From Macrostomum lignano (Eukaryota), in assembly GCA_002269645.1 (NCBI GenBank), contig NIVC01004646.1, positions 1 to 39,587 of the forward strand: a stretch of 39,587 nucleotides of DNA, given 5' to 3'. The position numbers and the translations under genes are program-made. Positions 1-13,077 of this stretch are shown piece after piece. Numbering within the stretch: the first letter of the stretch is position 1; each line of letters opens with the position of its first letter. The notes below the pieces were generated by a model. The model was not told the origin of the DNA, did not search any database, and was given only the letters and a program-made list of their open reading frames with translations.

Positions 1-155
1 ATCTGCGGCCTACTGATTCGCTATATAGCTTTTAAAAATGCAATGTTATTGTCCGCTAAAATATAATTAACAATTCCAATACTGCTATTTAGGAGTTTTA
101 TTTATTATTAAATTATATTTGTTATAATCCATCATGCAGCTGGACTAGCTGAGGA

Positions 156-197
<42 letters not shown>

Positions 198-672
198 AAT
201 TCCAACCAAAATAATTGCTTCCCAATAAGTGCCAGAACTTCCCAGCGCCGCCCTGAGCATCACGCTAAGGAGCATGGCGCGGATCTTCATTCACTCGTTC
301 TCATGCACAAAGAACCGGCATAACGGGCGTGTAAGTAGACCGCTGAAGCGCAGCCAGGTAACATGGGAGCATGCGGTGCTGCCTCTTTGTAGAAAATAAG
401 AGAGAAATAATAGAGAGAAAGAGAGAGAAGAGAGAGAGAGAGAATGGTGAGAAAGGAGAGTTGGAGTTTAAAGTACATAGAGTAAGTGAATTTCATAGCT
501 ACTTATAAGTTCAATGGTGCCTTGTCAGATCATGCATCGCATACTTCTCTGTCAGCGTATAATCTTGAAAAAAGAAATTTCGATACATATCGTCAGTAAC
601 ACCTACCAAGTTTGCATACGAGATAAAATAATCGAAACAGTTACGAGTATCTTCGAACTCGATCTGATAATT

Positions 673-2075
673 CGTGCCCTCCGCTCTCTTCCCATTCTCT
701 CCGCTCTCTTCCCATCTCTCCGCTCTCTTCCCATTCTCTCCGCTCTCTTCCCATTCTCTCGGCTCTCTTCCCATTCTCTCCGCTCTCTTCCATTCTCTCC
801 GCTCTCTTCCCATTCTCTCGCTCTCTCTTCCCATTCTCTCCGCTCTCTTTCCATTCTCTCGCTCTCTCCCATTCTCTCCGCTCTCTTCCCATTCTCTCCG
901 CTCTCTTCCATTCTCTCCGCTCTCTCCCATTCTCTCCGCTCTCTTCCCCATTCCCTCTCCCCTCTCCCCATTCTCTCCGCTCTCTTCCCATTCCCTCCGC
1001 TCTCTTCCCATTCTTTCCGCTCTCTTCCCATTCTCTCCCCTCTCCCCCATTCCCTCGCTCTCTTCCCCATTCCCTCTCCCCTCTCCCCCATTCCCTCTCC
1101 CTCTCCCCCATTCCCTCTCCCTCTCCCCCATTCCCTCCGCTCTCTTCCCCATTCCCTCTCCCTCTCCCCCATTCCCTCCGCTCTCTTCCCCATTCTCTCC
1201 GCTCTCTTCCCATTCTCTCCGCTCTCTTCCCATTCTCTCCGCTCTCTTCCCATTCTCTCCCTCTCCCCATTCCCTCCGCTCTCTTCCCATTCCCTCCGCT
1301 CTCTTCCCATTCTCTCCCCTCCCATTCCCTCCGCTCTCTCCCATTCCTCTCCCCTCTCCCCATTCCCCTCCCCTCTCCCCATTCCCGCTCTCTTCCCCAT
1401 TCCCCGCTCTCTTCCCATTCTTTCCGCTCTCTTCCCCATTCTCTCCGCTCTCTTCCCATTCTCTCCGCTCTCTTCCCATTCTCTCCGCTCTCTTCCCCAT
1501 TCTCTCCGCTCTCTTCCCCATTCCCTCCGCTCTCTTCCCATTCTCTCCGCTTTCTCCCCCATTCCCTCAACTCTTTCACATTCCCTCAACTCTTTCACAT
1601 TCCCTCAACTCTTTCACATTCCCTCAACTCTTTCACATTCCCTCAACTCTTTCACATTCCCTCAACTCTTTCACATTCCCTCAACTCTTTCACATTCCCT
1701 CAACTCTTTCACATTCCCTCAACTCTCCCCATTCCCTCAACTCTTTCCCATTCCTCAACTTCCCCATTCTCTCCACCATCTCCCACATTCCTTCCACCCT
1801 CTCCCACATTCCTTCCACCCTCTCCCACATTCCTTCCACCCTCTCCCACATTCCTTCCACCCTCTCCACATTCCTTCCACCCTCTCCCACATTCCTTCCA
1901 CCCTCTTCCACATTCCTTCCACCATCTCCCACATTCCTTCCACCCTCTCCCACATTCCTTCCACCATCTCCCACATTCCTTCCACCCTCTCCACATTCCT
2001 TCCACCCTCTCCCACATTCCTTCCACCCTCTCCCACATTCCTTCCACCTCTCCACATTCCTTCCACCCTCTCCCC
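673..2075. repeat. Composite polypyrimidine minisatellite with three successive unit types
   Basis: Units of about 19-21 nt: CTCTCCGCTCTCTTCCCATT-like (~673-1560), TTCCCTCAACTCTTTCACA (~1560-1730) and CCTTCCACCCTCTCCCACATT (~1770-2075). These explain the low-complexity ORFs on both strands. Confidence 0.95.
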
Positions 2076-2879
2076 ATAGTGATTCAGCAAAAAGCCGCGT
2101 TAAACAACAAACAAAGAAACAGGCAGGCAGTATTCGTATTAAAGAGGCCCGAGAGACTAGTATTAAATCGGCCGACATTGTAAAATATATAAGCCAGGAT
2201 AGATAGGAAGTTGCGTTGGTGTCTGGTCGTTATAAGGTGGGGCAGGGCAGGGCAGGCAGATAGAGAGAGAGGGGATGGCCTTTGATCTGTCGGGAGTCGG
2301 TCGGCAAGCCCTGATTAAGCTTTATTGTCTTCATTGAGCCACAATTAATCTCACTGACTATAAGAGAGATTGTGCAGAGGGTGGGTGAGAGAGTCTGCAG
2401 GCAAGAGAGGGTGGGTAGCCAGGGGGTATGGAAAAGCTGATTTTCTGGCTCCGGTCAGCAGCCAGCACCGGGAGCTGCAATTTCCATACCGCAAGCGGGG
2501 GGGGCAAAGATGGCAAAGGTAGATTTTGCAGAGCCGGCGGATAGGGAGTTGAGGAAATTAGAAATCAGTGCTCAGTCTGCGACGATAAAAGCTGCGCTGA
2601 GCTGCCCCCGCAAGTATAAGGCCTTCCCTCCGGAGTATATAAGCCTCAGAGATTTTTATTGCTCATGTTCCATGGTGCAACATTAAAATTAATAGGATTA
2701 AAAATTATCATTCACTTTGCGTTATAAATGTATGATTTATAAAATTATTATTGTCAATTATGCGAGCTGATACGAGTAATTATTATCTGGGACTGGTGAC
2801 ACAGTCAATTCACTGTATATATAAATTGTACTCGCACTTATTGTACATTAAAGATAATTGGCACTTATGGATAATCAAT

Positions 2880-3535
2880 ATGATGGAAAACAAATTATCA
2901 ATAATCAATATGATAGATAAAAAATAATCGATAATAGATACAGCAGATAATGAATAGATAATGAATTGTGGATAATCGATATGATAGATACCAAATAATC
3001 GATAATAGATGTGATAGACAACAAATTATCGATAATAGATATGATAGGTAACGAACTATGGATAATCAATATGAGAGTTATCAAATTATCGATAATAGAA
3101 ATGATAGATAACAAATTATCGATAAATAATATGATGGATAACGTATTATCGATAATAGACATGATAGATAACGAATTATCGATAATAGATATGATAGATA
3201 ACAAATTAGATAATAAATATGGTAGATAACGAATTATCGATAATCGATATGATAGATGACAAATTATCGATAATAGACACGATAAATAACAAATTGTAGA
3301 TAATAAATATGGTAGAAAACGAATTATCGATAATCGATATGATAGATGACAAATTATCGATAATAGACACGATAAATAACAAATTGTAGATAATAAATAT
3401 GGTAGAAAACGAATTATCGATAATCGATATGATAGATGACAAATTATCGATAATAGACACGATAAATAACAAATTGTAGATAATAAATATGGTAGATAAC
3501 GAATTATCGATAATAAACATGATAGATAACGATTT
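2880..3535. repeat. AT-rich ~30-nt minisatellite with a 90-nt higher-order repeat
   Basis: Unit is TTATCGATAATAGATATGATAGATAACAAA-like. About three near-identical 90-nt blocks occur at ~3230-3510. Confidence 0.93.
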
Positions 3536-4150
3536 ACTTACAATACAATATATATAAATATAGTTGCCCAAACATGGGGGGCAGAGAAGAAGATTCGAAA
3601 AATTAATAGGCTATGGTCATGAAAGCATGAAGCCCTCATGTCTTCAAAAATAAATAATGAAAGACAGCATTGACAGCCAAAGACTCAATGACTGGTTTGG
3701 GCTGCTCAAGTCACGAAGGAGCCTTAGCAACTCGAGCTTGAACAGGTTGGCCCCGAATGCGAAATTCGATAGTGTAGGGCCGTGGCTAGAAAAACGATGG
3801 GCACTTGCCATATATGGAAATCTGACTTTGGGGCAGTGATGAAGAAGAGATGCAAGCAGGTGGGGCATTGAGCTGCTCTGTATAATTTGCATTGTGTTGC
3901 CGGCGGCCTCCGCGCAGCACTCCGAGATGATAACGGGGGATTCTGCGAATTGCATGAGTAGCTGAGGGAAGAAATTCTGAGGGGCTCAGTTTTAAAGAGG
4001 CTGCGGAATTAACAGGGCTGATGAAGCCCGTTGAATACAGAGCTGCTGCATGCACTACAAGTCCTGTGAGGGCGTTTCCTTATCTTGATGAGGGTAGGGG
4101 GAGCTGGGGTAAACAGGGGACGGTGAGAGAGAGGGAGAGATAGACAAAAA

Positions 4151-6121
<1,971 letters not shown>

Positions 6122-6571
6122 CAAGTGAGGCAGACAAAAATGCAGGCAGACTGCATATGAAAATTAGCTACAAAGCAAAGCCACGGGAGCGTATAATGAC
6201 TAAGCACACGCATTAACATTTTCCACCTCTCCGGCAATAATAATGGATTACCCTGTAGCATTGCTAATACTTGCGACCAACTTGCAAATTGGCGAACTAG
6301 CCAGCTATGACTCCAACGAGTTTGAATGGGTGCAAAACCGTCAATACTCAATGGAAATAATGGTAACAAAATTAATAATAGTCTGCCTATTTTTTCCCTC
6401 GTCGCTCCGGACAAGCAGCTGCACTAGATAAATGAATTGGTGGGCGATGCGGAACGAATCGCATCGAGCTGCATGGAGTGATGCATTAGCTGTAAGCGAG
6501 GGAAGCTGGAGAGACAGGCTGCAGTGGCCTCACTCTCCTATCGGGCAGCAATGAGATAGAGAGTGAGCTGG

Positions 6572-6574
6572 CAT

Positions 6575-6642
<68 letters not shown>

Positions 6643-6689
6643 CAGACATACAGAGAGAGTGAGCAGACATGCCGAGAGAGTGAGCAGAC

Positions 6690-6741
<52 letters not shown>

Positions 6742-6767
6742 CAGACATACAGAGAGAGTGAGCAGAC

Positions 6768-6802
<35 letters not shown>

Positions 6803-6850
6803 GCAGACATACAGAGAGAGTGAGCAGACATGCCGAGAGAGTGAGCAGAC

Positions 6851-6895
<45 letters not shown>

Positions 6896-6955
6896 AAGAG
6901 AGAAAGAGCAGACATACAGAGAGAGTGAGCAGACATGCCGAGAGAGTGAGCAGAC

Positions 6956-6994
<39 letters not shown>

Positions 6995-7042
6995 GCAGAC
7001 ATACAGAGAGAGTGAGCAGACATGCCGAGAGAGTGAGCAGAC

Positions 7043-7079
<37 letters not shown>

Positions 7080-7127
7080 GCAGACATACAGAGAGAGTGA
7101 GCAGACATGCCGAGAGAGTGAGCAGAC

Positions 7128-7177
<50 letters not shown>

Positions 7178-7203
7178 CAGACATACAGAGAGAGTGAGCA
7201 GAC

Positions 7204-7238
<35 letters not shown>

Positions 7239-7286
7239 GCAGACATACAGAGAGAGTGAGCAGACATGCCGAGAGAGTGAGCAGAC

Positions 7287-7333
<47 letters not shown>

Positions 7334-7393
7334 AAGAGAGAAAGAGCAGACATACAGAGAGAGTGAGCAGACATGCCGAGAGAGTGAGCAGAC

Positions 7394-7432
<39 letters not shown>

Positions 7433-7480
7433 GCAGACATACAGAGAGAGTGAGCAGACATGCCGAGAGAGTGAGCAGAC

Positions 7481-7536
<56 letters not shown>

Positions 7537-7647
7537 CAGACATACAGAGAGAGAGAGAGAGAGAGAAAGAGCAGACATACAGAGAGAGAGAGAGAGAGAG
7601 AGAAAGAGCAGACATACAGAGAGGGAGAGAGAGAGAGAGAGAGAGAG
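6572..7647. repeat. (GA)n-based compound satellite with about 30 GAGCAGACA(TAC/TGCC/GAC) units
   Basis: (GA)n tracts alternate with GAGCAGACATACAGAGAGAGTGAGCAGACATGCC units. About 31 GAGCAGACA cores were counted by eye. Confidence 0.97.
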
Positions 7648-7722
7648 GAGGGCGCCTCCAATCTCGGGCACTGACACGGTAGAAAGTCAGAAAGGACTGA
7701 AAAAAGTCAATTTAAATTGAGT

Positions 7723-7759
7723 AGCCGATATTTCGAAATTAAATTTCTTCGTCAGGGCT
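7723..7759 (-). ncRNA. Minimal type I hammerhead ribozyme (PLE-associated)
   Basis: Minus strand reads AGCC-CTGACGA-A-GAAAT(TTA)ATTTC-GAAA-TATC-GGCT. Stem I is AGCC/GGCT and the core is CUGANGA...GAAA. Stem II is GAAAT/ATTTC and the vestigial stem III is the palindrome ATAT. The AUC cleavage triplet places the predicted cut between 7727 and 7726. Confidence 0.82.
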
Positions 7760-8174
7760 GTAAGCGAGTGTAGTTTATTTGGCGCGAATTGCCGTCAAAA
7801 TATAAAGGCGATATCGCCAGGGAGAGACGATCGATAAATTGATGTGCTCAAGCACTTAAAACAGTGCGCATGGTCAGTACATTAAAACGAGTCCGAGACT
7901 ATGAGAAAAGCGGGGGGTGGCTAAAACTGTACAATTGGGCCTAGACGACCTTTAAGTGTAGAATAAAAATTGCAAAAATAAATGGCGAAATAAATAGGTA
8001 AGGTAAATAAAAATAATTATTAAATGCTCAGAGCAAAAATGCAGGTGCACCGTACACAGTGTCAGAAAAATGAATAAAAAGCTGAAAATAAATAATCTGA
8101 ATAAATCGAAATAAAGTCAATGAAAAAATCACAGAGGGGAAAATAGCAGTAAAGGAGCCTTTGTACAGCTGATC

Positions 8175-9915
8175 TCAATTGGCAGAAGCTGGTTCGAGCT
8201 GGCTGTGGCAGAGTAGATCCCGAAGGCTCCTCCCTTTAGTGAAGGCCGGCAGTACAGGGGCATCGCAGTGCTGTGCCACGCCGTCCCTCACCTTGGCAAC
8301 CAGGGTGTCTGACCCAGCGCAGTGCGGCACAATCAGTGGGATCGCCGGATTGTGCAGCACCCCGGCCAGCTCGTTGGTGCCATGTGGGACCAGAGTTTTC
8401 AGGACCGCGATGAGTTTGGCCTCCTGGCGTTGACGTCGTTCATTGGCCTTGGGTCCAGAGCCGTCCCGCGTCCACACTCCGGTGAAGGCAAAGTCCTCGA
8501 GACTATGACCATCGTTGCTGAAGTGGCGGGCCACCGGAGTGTCGCGTGCGTGCCTGATGTCGCCGACGTGCGCTAGCATGCGGGCCCGGATGCTGTTGAC
8601 CGTCTCGCCGACGTAGACCGTGCAGCTGCAGCGGCGGCAGAACACGGTGTAGACAGCGTTGACCGAGTTGCAGTCGATCCTCTGGCTGATGGTGATCTTG
8701 ACGGTCGTGGACGCGGATCCCGGGCAGACGGAGGTGAATCTGGCGTGCGCCTGGCAGCACTTGCACAGCCGGGCCGGGTTGCACGGCAGGAAGCCGAACT
8801 CCCACCGCCTTGTCGGGTAGAAACCCAGCTCCGCCAGCACCTCGTATTTGATATTGCGTAGAAAACGCCTGTTGTAGCCCTGGTGCTGCACCAGATTCGA
8901 CAGCAGCTCGGTGCAGGCCGCGTCGAAGTCGACCATCCGGGAGCACCTGCGGGCGTATCTGATGAGCTGGGACTTGACCACACCCTTGAACGTCCGCCTC
9001 GGGTGGAATGAGTCGCGGTGGATAAGAGCTCGGCTGTCCGTGGGCTTGAAGAAGACTCTAGTCGCCAGACGCTTGGAGTCCCCCTCGCGGTCCCAGAAGA
9101 CGGTGGTATCCAGGAAGTTGACCTCGGTGCTGCTGTAGCTCAGCTGCAACCTGATGTTCGGGTCGAGGCCATCCAGGAGCTCGTGGAAGCGGACCAGCTC
9201 GTCTCTCGTTCCGTGCCAGACGCCGAAGATGTCGTCAATGTAGCGCAGCCACAGGGCGGGCTTCTGCGGGCTGAGCTCCAGGCCCCGCTGCTCCCAGTAG
9301 CCCATGTAGATGTTGCTGTAGCTGGGTGCAAACGACTTCCCCATGGCCGTGCCTTTCACTTGCAGGAAAAATTTGCCGTCGAATTCGAAGTCGTTGCGCT
9401 CCAGGTTAAGCTTGAGCAGACTGAGGAGACTCGCGTCTGGGCGCCTGGCATCCGGGTGCTCCCTGAAGGCCCTCTGTACGCACTCGAGTCCGGCCGCGGT
9501 CGGGATGTTGGTGTAAAGGCTGGCGACGTCCATGGTGAACAGGAAGGACTCCTCGGACGCCACACAGGCGATCCCGCGGATGGCGGCTTGGAAGTGGTCA
9601 GTGTCCCTGATGAAGCTGGGCAGCTGGATGACGATCGGCTGCAGGAAGCTGTCGATGAAGCGGCCGCTGGCGTAAGACTCGCTGTCCACGTCAGACACGA
9701 TGGGCCGGCCCGGAGGAATGTCGCCGAGCGGCCACGACTCGACGGGCTTGTGGATCTTCGGCAGGATGTAGAAGCACCGCGTGCGGAACTCCTCCTTCGG
9801 GCAGAAGGCGTTGAACTGGCGCCGATCGATGATCCTTCGGTCCAGCAGCGATCTGAAGACGCCGCGGATCATCTGGGCTGTGAAGCGGCTGATCGGTGCG
9901 CTCAGAGGTCGGTAA

Positions 9916-9920
<5 letters not shown>
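8175..9920 (-). CDS. PLE reverse transcriptase + GIY-YIG endonuclease (N-terminally truncated, ~580 aa open)
   Basis: Motifs FYILPKIHK, PGRPIVS, MDVASLYTNIP, GTAMGKSFAPSYSNIYM, WLRYIDDIF and VFFKPTD. A C-x5-C-x2-C linker (CNPARLCKCC) precedes the endonuclease motif NAVYTVFCRRC..VYVGET. The upstream poly-SL part of the called 672-aa ORF is microsatellite. Confidence 0.95.
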
Positions 9921-9921
<1 letters not shown>

Positions 9922-10001
<80 letters not shown>

Positions 10002-10024
10002 AGACATACAGAGAGAGTGAGCAG
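9922..10024. repeat. (GA)n tract plus one copy of the satellite unit seen at 6572-7647
   Basis: (GA)n followed by GAGCAGACATACAGAGAGAGTGAGCAG, which is identical to units of the left array. Confidence 0.95.
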
Positions 10025-11234
10025 GGGCACAAACAGACTCATACAGCACCAGCATTATTTCTGTACACCGTGCTAAAGAATTCCATTCAGATCTAGGCTG
10101 AATTGCTGCAAGGCAGAAAAGTGAGCAGTTGCCATTGCCAAGCGGAAGCAAACACAGTGGGGAACTGAGCACGTTCGGGAGTGAAATCCACACGCCTGCC
10201 CAAATCGATAATCACTATTGTACAATTTAATTCAACTATAGTTAATCTGCAACTAAGATTTGAACTAAACTACTTTCCAATATCAGTAGTATTAACAGAC
10301 AGCGGAGACGCTATTTCAGATAAGATAGCAATAAATGATTAGCAAAATATTTTTAAGATTGTAAATTTCTTTTACCGCAGACAGCTGTGAGAGATACGAG
10401 ACCCGCTTGGACTTTTCAAAGTCGTGTTTTTTTAAGAGTCGACCAGCACAGTTAGAAGCGATCGGCTTTGTTGCTGCCCCAAGTCGAACTCTTCCGCTCC
10501 GTTCCGCGGACAGTAGAGAGCTTCGACGCAACTAAGGGAAGAATGCATTGATACTGACTGCATGCGAGATTCCAGCTGAGTCCCCAGACTAAGGCAGTGG
10601 GGGTGAGAGAGAGACAGCCACTCACAGCATTATTCACTCGCTCCCAACCCCAGTTTTATAAAGCAGCAGCTAATGCCGACTGCAGTTCTTGGGAGTTGCC
10701 TGCCTGCACCGCCCCCCCCTCCAGAGCTCTCACAGAATAATAAGCTGCATTTGCGCTTAGCCGCACACACAGACAGCTCCAGCGCTAAGAGAAATTACAA
10801 TTAGGAATTTCCTAATAACCAGCTTACGAAGTATTTATCCCCAGCCGCAGTCAATCGTCAGCCCCCACCCCCCGCTCTCCTAGACCCATTGAGTCCAGCT
10901 ACAGTTCATCTTCTCTCCAACCAAAGAAGAGAGGTGAGCCTGAGTACGCACAGTCCAGGCAACTGCCAACGAGAGAAGCGGGGAGAGAGAGAAGTCACGC
11001 AAAAGATAGGCTGTCGGAAGAGCATTATTTCGTTGCCATGGAGACAACTGTACAATCCTCGGAGACGCAGGATGCACAGGTGAGAGAGAGGGACAACTAC
11101 AGACTGGAGTGAATATGAAGCTAACATTGAGAATTATGAGCACACACTCCAGTTCTGAGTGTGCCTTATCTGCTGAAATATTTTCCCCAGCCTCTCCCAA
11201 TCTGTTCACTTGTTTTGTTTATTTCAATTTTTAG

Positions 11235-12545
11235 CCGGGCAGCTCCGCCAGAGGTCGCCTACTTCAGGGCCGTCGTCGGCATCACTCGCTGCCGCGCCAG
11301 CTCATCCGCGTGTTCGAGGCCGCGCCAGCTCGAGGTCGCGTGCAGAGCGGCCTGGCCACTCGCATGGAGCCGTTCGAGCCGCGGCGCCAGGAGCCGGAAG
11401 CGGTCGAGCGGCAGGCCTCGGCCAGGCCTTACCGAGCCTGGCGCAGCTCCACCCTGGACTTGACGCGCTCGCAGTCGCAGCTCAGTCTCGACCGCGCACT
11501 GTACGGCGCGGACATTCCCGAGCCGCTGTCCAGCTACGAGCGACACGTTCGCAGTACGATCGAGCGTCATCGGAGAAGAGCTTCTGGGAGCAGCAATGCG
11601 GAAAACTGGACCCAGCAGCAAGAGCAGCAGCAACCATTCCAGCAGCTGGAGCAGCCTCATCCATACTCGGCCCTGCGTCGATACGCAACTCTGGCCGATC
11701 TGAGCGACCTGGAGGCCGCTGCAGCCGAGGTTGAGCGTCGAATCAACAGCGAAGGCGTGGATAACGATAAGGACAACTCGCCTCTGCTTGAGCTGCGGCG
11801 CTGGTCGATTAAACCGTTGAAACAGCCGCCACCGCCGCCACCGCCTCGACCGCGGTGGAAGCGAATTGAACCTCCGGAGCCGCCTCAGCCGCTGCCTAAG
11901 CCGTTGTTTAGGCCGCATCCTCAGCAGCCACCGCCGCCGCATCAAAATTCGGCGGGTTTCTATTCGTTGTCTAGGCAACCGTTGTCTAGGCAACGATTCA
12001 GCGCGCTGGACTCTTTCGAAGCTATGAAGCGAGAAATCGAGCGCCAGTCGGCGGCAACGGAGGCGGCGGCGGCGGCCACCGCAGCTGAGACCGAAGCGGC
12101 ACTGGAGCGGACTCGATGGCTGATTGGCGCGGCGACAAGCCACGGCGCCGCCGTCGATCCGGGCCAGTGGCGACCCATGCCGCCTCCGCCGCCGCGGCAG
12201 GCGCAGCCACCGCCGGTGCCGCAGAGGCGCAATCGAGGAAAATTCGCTATCGGAGACCAGCGTAGGCAGCATGTACAAGCAGAAACTTTGAGCCGTCGAT
12301 CACTGGGACCTGATCGGCACGATGGTCGAAGAAATGGCTACGGCAATGGTAACGGCTATGGTAACGGTATTCACTACGGTCATGGGAATTCCAATCGATA
12401 TGGTCAAGGAAATGCCAGCAGGAATGGCTACGATCGAAATGACTGGCGCCAGCGGCCAACGGCTGCGGCTGTCGGCGAGTCACGCGGAAACGGCAGCGGA
12501 CAAGCAGCAGTTGGCTGGCAACCCGAGCGAGAGTCAGTCGTTTAG
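11235..12545 (+). CDS. Orphan low-complexity protein (Pro/Gln/Ala-rich with Gly-Asn-Tyr repeats), terminal or single coding exon
   Basis: Strong acceptor TTTCAATTTTTAG ends at 11234 and is in frame with the ORF. First ATG is at 11364 (MEPFEPRR) and the stop is at 12545. Coding-like GC content. No recognisable domain. Confidence 0.7.
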   Translation, partial: PGSSARGRLLQGRRRHHSLPRQLIRVFEAAPARGRVQSGLATRMEPFEPRRQEPEAVERQASARPYRAWRSSTLDLTRSQSQLSLDRALYGADIPEPLSSYERHVRSTIERHRRRASGSSNAENWTQQQEQQQPFQQLEQPHPYSALRRYATLADLSDLEAAAAEVERRINSEGVDNDKDNSPLLELRRWSIKPLKQPPPPPPPRPRWKRIEPPEPPQPLPKPLFRPHPQQPPPPHQNSAGFYSLSRQPLSRQRFSALDSFEAMKREIERQSAATEAAAAATAAETEAALERTRWLIGAATSHGAAVDPGQWRPMPPPPPRQAQPPPVPQRRNRGKFAIGDQRRQHVQAETLSRRSLGPDRHDGRRNGYGNGNGYGNGIHYGHGNSNRYGQGNASRNGYDRNDWRQRPTAAAVGESRGNGSGQAAVGWQPERESVV

Positions 12546-13077
12546 AGCTGCCGCGACCGTGTTACTTCTGAATTTTTCATACACCTGCTGGTTCATTTCA
12601 TTAACTCTGCCTTTTTACCGTACATGTAGTGTTTGCAGTAGTATATATTTGAATGCAAGCTATGTACATTAGTTCAAAGTCAGTGTCTGTCTTGCATGAT
12701 CCTCATCCACTGCTAGGCACAGCTGGAAAACTAGAAAGATTTTCTAGATTTGTGGGGATTTTAGCATGCAATTGAATCCACGTGTTCCGCCTTTTGATAA
12801 TTTACTGATTTTTGTAAAATGTTGCAAGCACCATTTTTTAAATTGCACCAAGAGTGCATTTTCTAGTCGTGGAATTCTTTTTTAAATAGAAAACAGAAAC
12901 AATTTAAATTTGTTGTTTTCTGCATTCCTCACTGGCTTGTCGAATGCTTTTAAACATGCAATTTGTAAAGCTTTAATAATATTCATCTCCCTATAAATTT
13001 AGCAAAGTTTATATTCATATTTGCATTTATCAACTGTCGATTGCCCGGCGGTAAATTTAATTAGATGTACTCGTATA

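Larger units (their letters stand above)
7648..9921 (-). mobile_element. Penelope-like retroelement (Neptune-type), 5'-truncated
   Basis: GC-rich RT + GIY-YIG ORF followed by a ~520-nt AT-rich 3' UTR containing a hammerhead motif. It joins GA/TC repeats abruptly at both ends (~7647 and ~9921). Confidence 0.93.

Noticed and set aside
511-2206. Long ORFs of 300-520 aa on both strands
   Set aside because: They are translations of the purine/pyrimidine minisatellite, open only because the units lack stop codons.
6489-7768. 12-mer GCTGTAAGCGAG shared by 6489-6500 and the hammerhead flank 7757-7768
   Set aside because: The match does not extend on either side, and an isolated 12-mer match is expected by chance in 40 kb.
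9018-10076. 352-aa plus-strand ORF
   Set aside because: Antisense shadow of the GC-rich PLE ORF running into (GA)n.
11259-12278. 339-aa minus-strand ORF
   Set aside because: Antisense shadow of the plus-strand exon, which has the splice acceptor and the more protein-like composition.
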